A DNA stretch of 64,000 nt from Rubripirellula sp. (GCA_965216875.1 OZ244207.1:3808001-3872000); one strand, 5' to 3'; positions 9,331 through 21,911 are shown, counted from the first letter of the stretch. The notes: a model not told the origin generated them from the letters alone. Made by a program: numbers and translations.

Positions 9331-10608
9331 ATGTTCGCAATGAGTCAACCGAAGCGACACAGAATCCTTGCAAGGATTTCGATCACGGCGATCGCCTTTG
9401 TGGTGATCCCGCTGTCGACTCTCGCTCAGACTCCGCCACAGCCATCCCCCACCGAGCTCCCCAAAAGCGATTCCCCAACCCAGCCGCAAGTTGCCCCCCC
9501 AACCGATCGTTCCAAGCCATCAGCCGAAGCCCACCCCACGGCGACCGATGAAGAAATCGAGCAGTGGATCGAAGAGCTTGGCTCGAGTGCGTTTGCCGAT
9601 CGCGAGCGTGCCGCGAGCCGCTTGAGCGAACTGGGGCAAGCCATCATTCCTCGGCTAACCGAACTTGGAAAAGAGCATCATGATCCCGAGGTTCGGATCC
9701 GCGCAAACAAGATCGTTCGTCAGCTGACCGCAGGTGATTTGAACCGTCGCATCGAAGCCTTTCTCTCCGGCAAGGACGTTGGCTTCGAAGGGTGGGACAC
9801 GATCTCGTCCATCTTTGGCGACTCGAATTCGGTACGTGAGATGTTTGTCGAACTGGTGCAAGTTTATCCCGACTTGACCGTCGCCCTCGATGGAACCTCG
9901 CGCGACCGCGCAATGGCGCTCGAGCGTGCCATTGTAACCGTTCGCCAAAAGATGACCCGAGACTTCCCGAGCGTCGCCGACACGATCGCCCTGCTGTTGC
10001 CATCGAGTGACCCCGCCGTTCCACTCAACAACGGTTTCGACGATCTGATGCTGAGCGTGCTGTACAAACCGGCGATCGGAAAGATGTATCGAGACCCCAA
10101 CATGGCGACGCCAACCAAAGTCTTGGTGGGACGTTGGCTGCCTCGCAGCAAACTGAAGAATCGCGAAGAGATTCTGATGTACGGCATGACCAACTCGAAT
10201 CGATACACCTATGACTTGGCGATCAAAACGTTCGAAGAATCGGACGACGCGATGATCCTTGCCTCCGCAATCCAGGCCGTCACCGTTTTTGGCGACGAAG
10301 ACGATGCGGAACGATTGGCCGACTATTTAGACGATGATCGCGTCGTTTCTGAGAACGGTTTCTACAACGGCAAACCACTTCGCGTGGAACTCGGCGACGC
10401 GGCGATGGCTGCGATCGCGCGGCTTCACGATATGTCGCTCAAGCAAGTTGGCTTTCCAACCGAATCGGTCGACGAGCGGTTTGGCTTCGCGCTCAACGAA
10501 ACGGGCTTCATCGTCGGCGACGACGAAAGCCGATCGGCGGCAAGAAAGAAAATCGAAATGTTGGTTCGACCAACCTTTCCAATCGAACCGTTCGACCCGG
10601 TTCAATAA
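9331..10608 (+). CDS. Exported HEAT/helical-repeat hypothetical protein
   Basis: Signal peptide, Pro-rich linker, WIEELGSSAFADRERAASRL helical repeat; start uncertain (9331 or 9340). Confidence 0.8.
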   Translation: MFAMSQPKRHRILARISITAIAFVVIPLSTLAQTPPQPSPTELPKSDSPTQPQVAPPTDRSKPSAEAHPTATDEEIEQWIEELGSSAFADRERAASRLSELGQAIIPRLTELGKEHHDPEVRIRANKIVRQLTAGDLNRRIEAFLSGKDVGFEGWDTISSIFGDSNSVREMFVELVQVYPDLTVALDGTSRDRAMALERAIVTVRQKMTRDFPSVADTIALLLPSSDPAVPLNNGFDDLMLSVLYKPAIGKMYRDPNMATPTKVLVGRWLPRSKLKNREEILMYGMTNSNRYTYDLAIKTFEESDDAMILASAIQAVTVFGDEDDAERLADYLDDDRVVSENGFYNGKPLRVELGDAAMAAIARLHDMSLKQVGFPTESVDERFGFALNETGFIVGDDESRSAARKKIEMLVRPTFPIEPFDPVQ

Positions 10609-10636
10609 CCCGCAACCCTTCGTAGTCCCCATCTTC

Positions 10637-10736
10637 GTAGTGGACGAGGCAACGAGTCCCATGAGCGAATGAAAACCGAGGGACTCGTGGCCTCGTCCAC
10701 TACGAAAATTGTTGGACTCGTGGCCTCGTCCACTAC
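10637..10736. repeat. GTAG-type REP triplet (inverted pair plus one copy)
   Basis: 10637-10660 forward; 10680-10703 and 10714-10736 reverse; the last copy contains the TAG stop of the GT4 gene. Confidence 0.9.
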
Positions 10737-11830
10737 GGGTCGTTCTGCTCCACGGCCGCTTTCAACACTCGCTCGTAGGCGCGGACCATCGCGTTCCAGC
10801 CGAACATCTCGGTGACGCCGACGGCATTGCGTCCGAGTCTTTGCCGCAGATCAATATCGCGGATCAATCGCTCGATCCCCAATCCAAGTGCTTCGGTATC
10901 GTTCTCGACAAGCAGACCGTTGTAGTCGTCTTCGACAATGCACCTTGGCCCACTGTCACAGTCGACCGCAATCGCCGGTGCTCCCGTTGCCATCGCCTCC
11001 ATCAGCGCTGACGGAAATCCTTCGTAACGACTGGGCAGTGCGAAGATGCCGGCTTTGAAAAGTTCGGGCCAAATCGGTTTCACCCAACCAGGCATCGAAA
11101 CGCGATGGTCGATGTCGTAGTCTCGAGCAAGCTCTTCCAATTCGCCGCGCCGAGATCCCTCGCCGAGGATCTTCAGCCTCCAATCGGACGCATCATCCGC
11201 GACCATCGCGAAGGCTCGAATCAAACGATCAAATCCCTTTTCGTGCTCGAGCCTGCCGACGCCCACGATCGTTTTTTGACGTTCATCCTCAACGCCAAAC
11301 TCTTGCGGCGGCGTTTCCACCGCCGACGGAATCACCACAATCGGATCACGGTGCAGTGGCTGTAGCGCGCGGGCGGCTCCGTCGGTCTGCGCGATGATCG
11401 ACGTTGCTTTGGGGTAGGTCTGGCGGCGCCGCAATTCCCACAGCCGACCGAGTTTTTGTTGACTTGGGTCGCTGCGTTCGGAAATCACGATTGGAACGTT
11501 CGATGCGGCCAACGCGGTCAACACCAAAATGTTCGTGCGATCACAGAACGAAAGAATCGCATCGGGACCGATTTTGTCGACCGCTTTTCGAAGCGCATCG
11601 ACACGGGCGCGCGTGTTTTGCACGCGCTGTAGCAACGACCGACTTTCGCGCATCACGTCAAGCGGCAACCGCTCGACACGGGCATCAACAGAGTGCCGAT
11701 CGCCACTGGCATCATCAAGCGTAACGAGCGTGACTTGGTGCCCACCGCACGCCAAGCGCGAGCAGAGTCCAGCCATGACTCGCTCGGCTCCTCCTCCGTC
11801 AAGTGAGTGAATGATGGCTGCGATGTTCAC
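10733..11830 (-). CDS. Glycosyltransferase family 4
   Basis: GGGAERV, VGRLEHEKGFD, PSRYEGFPSALMEAM (ExF..E motif). Confidence 0.95.
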   Translation of the reverse strand: MNIAAIIHSLDGGGAERVMAGLCSRLACGGHQVTLVTLDDASGDRHSVDARVERLPLDVMRESRSLLQRVQNTRARVDALRKAVDKIGPDAILSFCDRTNILVLTALAASNVPIVISERSDPSQQKLGRLWELRRRQTYPKATSIIAQTDGAARALQPLHRDPIVVIPSAVETPPQEFGVEDERQKTIVGVGRLEHEKGFDRLIRAFAMVADDASDWRLKILGEGSRRGELEELARDYDIDHRVSMPGWVKPIWPELFKAGIFALPSRYEGFPSALMEAMATGAPAIAVDCDSGPRCIVEDDYNGLLVENDTEALGLGIERLIRDIDLRQRLGRNAVGVTEMFGWNAMVRAYERVLKAAVEQNDP

Positions 11831-12025
11831 GTTCGAGAAGGCTGTTTTGAGGGTGGGGTAATGACGGTTGTTTCGGTTGTACTATCGATGCTGAGACACG
11901 GGAAATATCGAATTTCAATGGTTGAAAGGGGGCGAGAATGCGACTAGCGTAGGTTCAGGGCACGGGGGTGATCGCCAACGACCCCATGACACCCCGGACA
12001 AACCGTACCATCTGAGCCAGTTTCA

Positions 12026-12457
12026 ATGAAAAAGCTTCTTTTGGCTTCCCTTTTCGCGCTCGCCGCGTCAATCGTAATGTCTGACACCGCATCGGCCCAA
12101 CAGCCGTTTGGCTACGGTGTTTTGCCATATGGATTCTATCAGCCATACGGTGCTCGCTACGGCACAAGCCTTCGCACACCACCCTATTTTGCGACCAACC
12201 CACCCGTGTACTACGGGTCACGTCACTCGCGCCCCTACGGCATCAGCCCCTTCGCTTCGTTGCCACAAGTTGCACCGTCGGGCGACTACAAAAGTCGTTT
12301 GCGTGTGCAGTTTGACCAGCCTGCTGTGCCCACGCCAGCACCCTCATGCAACCCTTGCGTGCACCACTCCACCGTGGTCAAACCCAAGGTCGTTGCCAAA
12401 GGGCCGGTTCGCGTGAACCCATTCGTTCAAGACGTCGAACGAGTCGCCAAAAAGTAA
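12026..12457 (+). CDS. Secreted Pro/Tyr/Gly-rich hypothetical protein
   Basis: Signal peptide ending ASA-Q; PPYFATNPPVYYG; followed by a terminator. Confidence 0.8.
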   Translation: MKKLLLASLFALAASIVMSDTASAQQPFGYGVLPYGFYQPYGARYGTSLRTPPYFATNPPVYYGSRHSRPYGISPFASLPQVAPSGDYKSRLRVQFDQPAVPTPAPSCNPCVHHSTVVKPKVVAKGPVRVNPFVQDVERVAKK

Positions 12458-12482
12458 TTGGCGATTCCAATCGGACTCAACG

Positions 12483-12515
12483 AGAAACCTCCCCGATTTT
12501 CGGTGAGGTTTTTTT
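12483..12515 (+). terminator. Intrinsic terminator
   Basis: GAAACCTC-CCCGA-TTT-TCGG-TGAGG followed by a T-run. Confidence 0.7.
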
Positions 12516-12542
12516 GTGGCGCAGTCGAGGCAGTCGCCACTG

Positions 12543-12674
12543 TGAGCCGAACGCGCTAGCGTCGGGCCCTACGAGATTTAGAGGAGCGCGAGGCCCGACG
12601 CTAGCGCGTGCGGCTCACGGGTGAGGACGCGGAGCGCCCGACGAGTGCGTGACCACGCGGAGCGGGGTCACGAG
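12543..12674. repeat. REP-like cluster (TGAGCC pair plus ACGCGGAGCG element)
   Basis: Same two-family arrangement as 6386-6519. Confidence 0.9.
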
Positions 12675-12706
12675 AATAGGCCCGTCCCAACGGTGCGTGG
12701 ACAAGA

Positions 12707-13138
12707 CTAGCGCAGGTCGAGTTCGACGTCGCCTCGTTCCCAGGCGTCGACGAAGGTGGGCAGGCTTGGCAGCATATCGGCCGCCGTACGAATTTCGGCC
12801 CGATTCATCCAGTGCACTTCAGCAACCTCTTCGGGATTAGCGACCGGAATCACGGTCTCATCAAGCCCGGCAAGCCACCAAGCGAGGTTGGTTCCCCAGG
12901 GCGTGATGCTGCGCCAACAGAGCCGCACGGGATCGACATCGATCGCCAGTTCCTCCTGCATCTCGCGAACCAACGCTTCGTCTTCGCTCTCTCCATCCTC
13001 GATCGTCCCTCCCGGCAGGCAGAGTTTGCCGGGTGCGGTCACGGTCAGGGACCGACGGATGATCAGCAGTCGATCTTGGCGCAAAATGACGCCAACGACT
13101 CCGCGTTTGCGACGTGTTGAAGGCTTCGGTAGGTTCAT
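12707..13138 (-). CDS. NUDIX hydrolase
   Basis: Nudix box PGGTIEDGESEDEALVREMQEELAI. Confidence 0.9.
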   Translation of the reverse strand: MNLPKPSTRRKRGVVGVILRQDRLLIIRRSLTVTAPGKLCLPGGTIEDGESEDEALVREMQEELAIDVDPVRLCWRSITPWGTNLAWWLAGLDETVIPVANPEEVAEVHWMNRAEIRTAADMLPSLPTFVDAWERGDVELDLR

Positions 13139-13207
13139 GGTCCGCTTTTATCCAAGATAGTCGCTGCCGACAATCTCATTCCGTCCTATTTCCGCGATTC
13201 GATCGTT

Positions 13208-14482
13208 GTGACAAACACTGGCGCTAGCCCAAACCACTACTTTGATTGCCCCGAAGCTCAAGAAGCATTGCGGGTCATTACGACGCTGCGCGAAGCAGGG
13301 TTCGTCGCCTATTTGGCGGGCGGTTGTGTGCGTGACGCCCTGCTTGGCCGAAAACCCAAAGACTACGACGTCGCAACCAACGCCACCCCCGAATCGGTTC
13401 GTGAAGTTTTCGGGCGCAAACGGACGCTGGCCTTCGGTGCCTCCTTTGGTGTCATCGGGGTATTGCCGCCGCTGCCCAAAGTTCGAGACAGCAACGAACC
13501 GACCATTGAGCCAACCGAAGTGGCGACCTTTCGAAGCGACGGCGACTACACCGACGGCCGCCGCCCCGATAGCGTTCACTTTGGCGAGGCCGAGCAGGAT
13601 GCGCTGCGCCGCGATTTCACGATCAATGGACTCTTCTTTGATCCAGCCGAAAACAAAGTGGTCGACTTCGTTGGTGGTCAAGACGATATCAAACGCGGCG
13701 TGCTACGGACGATCGGTAGAGCCGAAGCAAGAATCGACGAAGACAAACTGCGGATGTTACGCGCGGTCCGGTTTGCAACGTCGCTTGGTTTTTCAGTTGA
13801 CGATGCAACGATCACCGCGATCCGAAAACATGCAGATGAAATCTCCGTTGTCTCGGGCGAACGCATCGGCGCAGAAATGCGCCGCATCCTTGCGTCGGAA
13901 TTCGCCGATCAAGGTCTGCAACATCTTCGTTCCCTCGCGCTGGAACGAGTCGTCTTGCCTGAACTCGCAAACGCCGACTTGGACCGATTCGCAAAGATCC
14001 ATGCGGCAATCGAAACGCGCGGCTTTGTGGCAACGCTCGCAAGCCTGCTGATCACCATGCCCAGCCCGCTTGAGCGTCTTCCCGAAATCACTCAGCGATG
14101 GAAACTCAGCAACGAAGAAGTTCGTCAATCAACAGCAGCCATCAAGTCTTTTGAACTGCTCTGCGATGCCGACCAAAGGCCATGGTGTGAAGTGCAGCCG
14201 ATCCTGATTGACCGCGACATCGAAACATCACTGGTCGTCGCCAGCGCGATCGCGATGGCCGATGGTCTCTCCACCGCCGGTGTCGAGGTTGCTCGCGACG
14301 CTCTCGCCTGGCCAACCGAAAAGCTCAATCCCCCCTTCTTGTTGACGGGGGATGACCTGCGCGAGATCGGTGTTCCGCCCGGCCCACAGTACCGAACGAT
14401 TCTCGAGCAGATTCGCGATGCCCAGCTCAACGAAAAGATCGCCTCGCGGGAAGAGGCGATCCAGCTGGTCAAGACTTTGTGA
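13208..14482 (+). CDS. cca: CCA tRNA nucleotidyltransferase
   Basis: GGCVRD, KDYDVAT, EVATFR, DALRRDFTIN, EDKLRMLRAVRF, SGERIGAE. Confidence 0.93.
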   Translation: MTNTGASPNHYFDCPEAQEALRVITTLREAGFVAYLAGGCVRDALLGRKPKDYDVATNATPESVREVFGRKRTLAFGASFGVIGVLPPLPKVRDSNEPTIEPTEVATFRSDGDYTDGRRPDSVHFGEAEQDALRRDFTINGLFFDPAENKVVDFVGGQDDIKRGVLRTIGRAEARIDEDKLRMLRAVRFATSLGFSVDDATITAIRKHADEISVVSGERIGAEMRRILASEFADQGLQHLRSLALERVVLPELANADLDRFAKIHAAIETRGFVATLASLLITMPSPLERLPEITQRWKLSNEEVRQSTAAIKSFELLCDADQRPWCEVQPILIDRDIETSLVVASAIAMADGLSTAGVEVARDALAWPTEKLNPPFLLTGDDLREIGVPPGPQYRTILEQIRDAQLNEKIASREEAIQLVKTL

Positions 14483-14557
14483 GCCAAGCGTGCAAGAGAC
14501 GGGCCTTACACATCGGATACCAACCCGACCAAGAACCGACGCTGGCGCGTTTGGCTC
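14480..14557. repeat. Degenerate TGAGCC-family inverted pair
   Basis: TGAGCCAAGCGTGCAAGAGACGGGCC..CCGACGCTGGCGCGTTTGGCTC; begins at the cca TGA stop. Confidence 0.65.
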
Positions 14558-14576
14558 GCTGGGCTCGCGACGTACG

Positions 14577-15587
14577 CTAGCGTCGTGTGTTCGATTTGCG
14601 AACCGCGACTTGTCCCTTGGGCCGCAGCACGTAAACCTTGGGGTCGTCGACCACAAACGCGGTGCTCCAGCGACGTCCGTCATCGGCACTGCAGACGTTG
14701 TAAAAGAAGGTGCGGAAGCGTTCGCAGCGGTAGTCGTAGGGGAATTGGCTGGTGATGTAATCGTCTTGGGTCAGATCATCTACACCAGGTGACGCATAGT
14801 AGTGCACCATTCCATCGGGAGTGACGCTCATTCCCAAAGTCCACCAACCAGTGGTTGTGATTTGCGGACCCTTGAAGTCGCCGCCGCGACGATTGCTGCG
14901 GATACGAAGGTAGGCATAGTCGTGCTCGCGACGAGTTTGCCCCTTGTTCTCGAATTCGATGAACATGCCGGGCCAGTAGACTTCGTTGCCCATTTCGCGC
15001 GTGGTGCGTTTGAAAATGCCGACGCCAGATTCTTTATCAACCATCGCCGTCGTCTCAAGCGCCAGACGGAATCCAAAGTGAGGACCGCTGCGGTTTTCCC
15101 ATTCATCGACCGGTGGCAGAAAGACCCGCGTGGTGACACTCGGAACTTCTGAAACATCGAGCCGTCTTTTCAAACGATATTGAACGTTGGCGACGAAATC
15201 GTCCTGGTGCATCTTTCCACTCGGACGCCCAGGCAATCCGGTGAACTTGGATTTCAGAAGCAGTGCGCCAGTGCTTCCAGGCAGTCCGCCGGCCGGTGTC
15301 TCAACGCGTTTGACAATGTCGGGATGGCCACGCTTGATGCCTTCGTACCAACGACCGTTCAAGCTGCGGCCCATTGGCCCTCGTTGGTTTTCATCAATGT
15401 CCTCGGTGCTCTTCGGATCGCGAGGGGTGTAACCCCAATTGGGATCCTCGAAATCATCCGCAACGCCAATGATCTCTGAGCCGGTCCCAGGAACGACAGC
15501 TCGCTGGGCATTAACGTTATTGGATGTGAGTCCACTGATGACGACCATCGCTGCCGTCGCGATGAACCGCTGAAGTGAAATGCGCAT
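14577..15587 (-). CDS. Secreted beta-rich hypothetical protein
   Basis: Signal peptide (..VNA-Q), DDFED, GWWTLGMS; long clean ORF; start may be 15608. Confidence 0.8.
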   Translation of the reverse strand: MRISLQRFIATAAMVVISGLTSNNVNAQRAVVPGTGSEIIGVADDFEDPNWGYTPRDPKSTEDIDENQRGPMGRSLNGRWYEGIKRGHPDIVKRVETPAGGLPGSTGALLLKSKFTGLPGRPSGKMHQDDFVANVQYRLKRRLDVSEVPSVTTRVFLPPVDEWENRSGPHFGFRLALETTAMVDKESGVGIFKRTTREMGNEVYWPGMFIEFENKGQTRREHDYAYLRIRSNRRGGDFKGPQITTTGWWTLGMSVTPDGMVHYYASPGVDDLTQDDYITSQFPYDYRCERFRTFFYNVCSADDGRRWSTAFVVDDPKVYVLRPKGQVAVRKSNTRR

Positions 15588-15875
15588 GATTCGACCTGTA
15601 ATCCCCATCGGTCGGCGATCACGAGCAGACGCTGAGCCTGCCGGCGCGGACCGGAATGATTATCGTTCCACCGAAACAGATTTTTTGTGGAGATCGACCG
15701 CGCCACGGTGCCATTGAATCGGGCCAAGTGGTTTCGCACTTGGCCCTCGGGGCACCGAGATAGCGCATTCGTCCTCCGCCCTCCACCGGAATGATCGGCA
15801 TATTCGTTACAGACCTCCACAAAAAAGCGGAGCATCGCTCAGGCGGAACGGGGCAAGCGAAAACGAACGGCTCCC

Positions 15876-15952
15876 GTAGCTACCTTCGCCAGAAGGTGGT
15901 TCCGACCGGCCAGACGCTCGCAACCACACCACGCTCTGGCGAGCGTAGCTAC
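15876..15952. repeat. REPIN-like inverted pair of GTAGCTAC REPs
   Basis: GTAGCTACCTTCGCCAGAAGGTGG (15876-15899) and CCACGCTCTGGCGAGCGTAGCTAC (15929-15952). Confidence 0.9.
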
Positions 15953-15975
15953 CGCTAAAAAGTGCCCACAGACCA

Positions 15976-16602
15976 CTAGAGCGACGGGCGGACAGCCGCG
16001 AGCATGTCGGCCGTGACCGAATCGACTGCCTGATCCGCGTTGATCACACAGGTTTGGTCGCTGCTGCCAGAGAGGTTGTCTTTGAACGCCTGGCGGACTT
16101 GCTCCATATAGTCAACGCCTCGCGACTCCATCCGGTCGGCTGGCCGATCGAGGCGGGCAAACGCCTTTTCGGCCGGCATGTCGAGCAGAATGGTCAGGTC
16201 TGGCCGCAGGCCTCGGTTGGCGAGCTGTCCCAACTGCCACAGTTGATCGGCATCCACTTCGCCACCGATGCTTTGATACACGACATTGGCAAGCAGGAAG
16301 CGATCGGAGACGATCGTTTTGCCCTCGGCCAGCGCCGGGCGAATCACCGATTCAATCAACTCGCAGCGGCTTGCCATGAACAACATCGCTTCGGTGCGGC
16401 GATGCATCTGTAAGTCGCTGTCCAACAACAACGCCCGCAGCTCTTTTCCGACGGCGGTACCCCCAGGATCTTGAACCTGAAGCACGTCGCGACCGTGCTC
16501 GTTCAAGCAATCGATCAATCGAGCGATCTGGGTCGACTTTCCAACGCCGTCGATTCCGTCAACAGTAATGAATCGCAGCGCAGCGTCGTCTTGATGGGTC
16601 AT
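15976..16602 (-). CDS. tmk: Thymidylate kinase
   Basis: FITVDGIDGVGKST P-loop, EAMLFMASR, SDRF, PDLTILLD; ATGA overlap with the upstream gene. Confidence 0.95.
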   Translation of the reverse strand: MTHQDDAALRFITVDGIDGVGKSTQIARLIDCLNEHGRDVLQVQDPGGTAVGKELRALLLDSDLQMHRRTEAMLFMASRCELIESVIRPALAEGKTIVSDRFLLANVVYQSIGGEVDADQLWQLGQLANRGLRPDLTILLDMPAEKAFARLDRPADRMESRGVDYMEQVRQAFKDNLSGSSDQTCVINADQAVDSVTADMLAAVRPSL

Positions 16603-17153
16603 CGGGCGGGAAGGTTGGAGTATTGATCGGGTCCACCCGTTACGGGCTGGTGCCGATAATCGACGACAACCCACTTTTCGTCAACCTTGTGAAACTTGAG
16701 TTCCAGTCGCCTGAGCACTCGCTGGTTGACCAATCGGCCGACGCTGACGTTCACTTTCGCGCTCATGTCCACCAAGATCTCGGGGGGATAACTTCCTTCG
16801 ACAACCTTGATGCTGCGAATCTGGTTGACCCGGGCGAGATCAAAACGCAAACGCGGCAACTCCGATTTTGCCATCTGCAACGCACGGGGTTCGGCGATCA
16901 CCTCATAGACCTCGTCGAACCGATTGTTTTCGATGTGCTCGGCGGTCTCGTAGATCACGCGCGTGACGGCTTCGCGATCCGTTTCCCAACTGCTTGCCAC
17001 CAACCAAGCCACTGGAATCAACGCGACCGCGAACAACCCCACTCCACCCGCTTCGCGTTTCCCCGTCTGCAACCATCCGTAGATAGCGATCGCCGCAACA
17101 GACCCGAGCAGAACAGTCACGACCATCGGTTTTTCGGCGAGCAGTTCGAACAT
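16599..17153 (-). CDS. Membrane-anchored hypothetical protein (two TM helices plus soluble domain)
   Basis: Two hydrophobic helices then ETDRE..; stop overlaps the tmk start. Confidence 0.8.
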   Translation of the reverse strand: MFELLAEKPMVVTVLLGSVAAIAIYGWLQTGKREAGGVGLFAVALIPVAWLVASSWETDREAVTRVIYETAEHIENNRFDEVYEVIAEPRALQMAKSELPRLRFDLARVNQIRSIKVVEGSYPPEILVDMSAKVNVSVGRLVNQRVLRRLELKFHKVDEKWVVVDYRHQPVTGGPDQYSNLPAR

Positions 17154-17277
17154 CAGCGTCTCGCAAAGAAGAGAAGTAAGGGGCGATTCACTTGTTGTCG
17201 TTACGTCCACTTCCGTCTAATCGTTCGACGAAGACTCGTGGAAAAGAAAGATGAACGCGGCCGGAGTCATTCTTGCA

Positions 17278-17317
17278 CAAAAAAACGGATTCCCGCCGAG
17301 AACGCGGAAACCCGTTT
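17278..17317 (-). terminator. Intrinsic terminator downstream of eno
   Basis: Minus strand AAACGGGUUUCCGC-GUUCUCG-GCGGGAAUCCG followed by a U-run. Confidence 0.75.
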
Positions 17318-17342
17318 GTGCGATAACGTTGCGTCGTAAGCG

Positions 17343-18841
<1,499 letters not shown>

Positions 18842-19067
18842 TCAGCCGACATAATGGCCGGCTTCGGTGTCCGACAGGCGGACTCGCAAAGCTGGCGGAC
18901 TTTGGGGCGGACTTCGGAACCACCTCCTGGTCCGGCTCCTGGCCCGACTTGAGGACGACTCCCGAGCCGACCACCCCAACACGCCGCCTGGGTGCCTTCA
19001 GCCACCCTTAGGCCGCTGATCGCGTACCAGACCTTCGCTCGTTTCCTCAAACAACCCATCACACCCT

Positions 19068-19697
19068 ATGTTCACTGGCTTGGTCGAAACCATCGGCCGC
19101 ATCGTTGAAATTGCGGACGAGCCCCCCGGCAAGCGATTCACGATCGATGCAAAAGCGTTCCAAGATGACAATGTCGCGATTGGTGACAGCATTTCGATCA
19201 ATGGCTGCTGCCTGACCGTCGTCAAGATTTCAGCCGATGGCCAACACCTCGATTTTGAAGCCGGTGAAGAGACGCTTTCACGCACCAATCTTGGCGAGCT
19301 TGAAATCGAGTCGCCCGTCAATCTCGAGCGTGCTCTGGCCCACGGCGATCGACTCGGCGGTCATTACGTCTCGGGCCACATCGATGACCTGGGCGTTGTG
19401 CTCTCTCGAGAAGACGATCCACCATGGTCGAACTTTCGATTCCAAGTTCCCGGTCGCCTCGCGTCTCAGATCGCCGCCAAGGGAAGCATCGCCGTCGATG
19501 GGATCAGTTTGACGGTGGTCGATGCCGACAAAGACTCGTTTTCGGTTGCCCTGATTCCACACACCTTGGATGCCACGACTTTGGGCTGGCGAAAAGTGGG
19601 CGATCGAGTCAACCTGGAAACGGACATCCTAGCCAAATACGTGCAGCGTAGTTTGGCCTTTGTCGATGACGACGCGCCCAAGTTGCCCGGTTCGTAA
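19068..19697 (+). CDS. ribE: Riboflavin synthase alpha chain
   Basis: MFTGLVE N-terminus, [33 protein letters not shown]. Confidence 0.97.
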   Translation: MFTGLVETIGRIVEIADEPPGKRFTIDAKAFQDDNVAIGDSISINGCCLTVVKISADGQHLDFEAGEETLSRTNLGELEIESPVNLERALAHGDRLGGHYVSGHIDDLGVVLSREDDPPWSNFRFQVPGRLASQIAAKGSIAVDGISLTVVDADKDSFSVALIPHTLDATTLGWRKVGDRVNLETDILAKYVQRSLAFVDDDAPKLPGS

Positions 19698-19782
19698 CCC
19701 CGTGTTGATCGCGAGCTTGCGATTCGGCTCTCTCCCCAAGCTGAAACAAACCACCTTCAACCCCAACTCCAAAAACCGTCGA

Positions 19783-20685
19783 TTGAACCAACCACGCCAA
19801 ACCGCGTCGTACCTCTCCAAGCGACTTGCCGCCGCAGGCCTGCGTCCTGTCTCACGCTACGGCCAGAACTTCTTGATCGATTTGAACCTCGTCGACTTGA
19901 TTGCCAAGAGTGCCGAACTTGAAAAGCACGATGTGGTGCTGGAGATCGGCACGGGTGTTGGTTCGCTGACCAGTCGCTTGTCCGATCAAGCCGGCGCCGT
20001 CCTCTCAGTCGAAATCGACACGAACCTGCATCAACTTGCCAGTGAAGAGTTGGCGGGACGACCGAACGTCAAATTGATTCATGGCGATGCATTGCGCAAC
20101 AAGAACTCGCTGCGTGACGACCTGATGGATCAGATTCGCGATGCGCTTGGCCGTATCGGTGGCGAGCCTCGGTTCATGTTGGTCGCCAACCTACCTTACA
20201 ACGTTGCTACGCCCATCATCAGTAACTTGCTGCGTGAATCACCTGCACCTGACCGAATGGTCGTCACCATTCAAAAGGAACTCGGGGATCGCATCACCGC
20301 AACACCGGGCAGCAAAGACTATGGCGCCCTCAGTGTTTGGGTCCAATCACTTTGCAACGCGGAAGTCGTGCGAGTGTTGCCGCCAACCGTCTTCTGGCCT
20401 CGCCCCAAAGTCCATTCATCGATTCTCCGGCTCGATTTCTCACAAGAGCTTCGCGACAAGATTCCTGATCTCGAGTACTTTCACCAAACCGTTCGCGCAC
20501 TCTTTTTCCACCGCCGTAAGTTTCTGCGCAGCGTCGTGATCAGTGCGATGAAAGGCAAGCTCGACAAAACGAGAGTCGACGAAATCCTGGAACAACTCGG
20601 ACATGATGCATCAGCGCGCGTCGAGCAACTGACAGTCGAACAGATCCAAACACTCGTCGAAGCATTACGCGTCGCCGAAGCGTAA
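19783..20685 (+). CDS. rsmA: 16S rRNA dimethyladenosine transferase
   Basis: [34 protein letters not shown] start inferred. Confidence 0.95.
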   Translation: MNQPRQTASYLSKRLAAAGLRPVSRYGQNFLIDLNLVDLIAKSAELEKHDVVLEIGTGVGSLTSRLSDQAGAVLSVEIDTNLHQLASEELAGRPNVKLIHGDALRNKNSLRDDLMDQIRDALGRIGGEPRFMLVANLPYNVATPIISNLLRESPAPDRMVVTIQKELGDRITATPGSKDYGALSVWVQSLCNAEVVRVLPPTVFWPRPKVHSSILRLDFSQELRDKIPDLEYFHQTVRALFFHRRKFLRSVVISAMKGKLDKTRVDEILEQLGHDASARVEQLTVEQIQTLVEALRVAEA

Positions 20686-20823
20686 GGGTGCTTGCACGCG
20701 TGACAGATTCGAATTGGTGCGTGCAAGCACACACCCTACGGAATTGCACGTGCTCGAATCAGTAGGGTGTGTGCTTGCACGCACCAACCCCGAGACGAAA
20801 GCGAGTTCTCTCACACACCCTAC
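20682..20823. repeat. GTAGGGTG-type REP cluster
   Basis: GGTGCGTGCAAGCACACACCCTAC 20716-20739, GTAGGGTGTGTGCTTGCACGCACC 20762-20785, plus degenerate copies overlapping both flanking stop codons. Confidence 0.85.
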
Positions 20824-21911
20824 TTGGTCGTGACGATGATCGCGGTCTCAGTCCAGGTTGCGGTCACACCGCCGCGTGTTGCAACTTGGTCGACGAGTTG
20901 ACGCAGCGTTTGGTCGGTCGCTTCGAGGGTGATGACCTTCTCACAAGCTTCGATTGCTGCGGGATCGATTTTGCAGTGCCGTCCTGCGGTGAGTGCAAAC
21001 TTGGTCAACAGGTCACCGACCCTAGCTTCGGTCGGCTTAAGCGAGAAGACTTGATTCGCATTGGCCGCTACCCGTGCGTCAGCCTTGAGCAATTCGGCGA
21101 CTGCGGCGCGGTGTGCCGACAGGCTGCCACTGGCGACGGTCCATCCATTGCTCAGTCGAACGCGACTGGTGCGATCAACATTTCGCATTGCCCCGTCGAG
21201 TTGGTTCTTCGCAGCGGCCGGATAGCGACGCGTGACGCTCGCTGGAAGTGTCGCGGCAATGGGCCTGGCGGGAGATGTACCGGGACGCAAGTCAAACTGA
21301 GCCAACACCAACGCGTTTGCGACGCGCCGGTCGATCTTCTGCCAATGAACCGCTGGCCAAAGATCATGAGGCAGCGCCGGCCCCGTTGCTGCGCCCCCAT
21401 CCGCAATCACCTGATACGCCTCGCGCGGCGTCGTCAATGGATCCCACTGCACGTCAATCTTTGCTGCGGCACTGCGCCGCGTCGAAATTGCGATCAGAGA
21501 AGCGGCGGTCGTATCGACCCATTGGGGACGACCAACCAACACAACCTCTGACACCGCCATGACGACACAGCCGTTTGCTTCTGCGATCTTCCTGATTGCT
21601 TGATAGACGGTCGGCCCAACCGGCCCGAGGTCAATTGGGGAAGTGGGGTCAACTTTGCGGTCAAACCAAAGGTTCAGCTGAACTTGGCCAGCGATCGACT
21701 GCAACGCTTCACGCAGCGGCTTGCCATCCTGGATGGAGGTCAATGGAGTGGACAGCTGAGCAAAAAAACGATCCTTTCCAGAAAAATCGTCCGCGGCCGA
21801 CGGCGAGACCGATGCGGTCGCCAAGAGGCACAATGCCAGCATCAGGTACTGCCGGATTCCCCGCCGTTGCTGCTGGCGACGTCGCTGGAGAGAGTCGACC
21901 ATGAGACCCAT
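20820..21911 (-). CDS. Exported hypothetical protein (possible STN/N0-like domains)
   Basis: Signal peptide; PLREALQSIAGQVQLNLWFDRKVDP pattern; start uncertain. Confidence 0.7.
   Translation of the reverse strand: MGLMVDSLQRRRQQQRRGIRQYLMLALCLLATASVSPSAADDFSGKDRFFAQLSTPLTSIQDGKPLREALQSIAGQVQLNLWFDRKVDPTSPIDLGPVGPTVYQAIRKIAEANGCVVMAVSEVVLVGRPQWVDTTAASLIAISTRRSAAAKIDVQWDPLTTPREAYQVIADGGAATGPALPHDLWPAVHWQKIDRRVANALVLAQFDLRPGTSPARPIAATLPASVTRRYPAAAKNQLDGAMRNVDRTSRVRLSNGWTVASGSLSAHRAAVAELLKADARVAANANQVFSLKPTEARVGDLLTKFALTAGRHCKIDPAAIEACEKVITLEATDQTLRQLVDQVATRGGVTATWTETAIIVTTK

Noticed and set aside
18850..19067. FMN riboswitch upstream of ribE; short GGCGGACT and CTCCTGG repeats
   Set aside because: No AGGGC..GAAATTCCC..ACCG RFN signature; the short repeats are too brief and irregular to support a call
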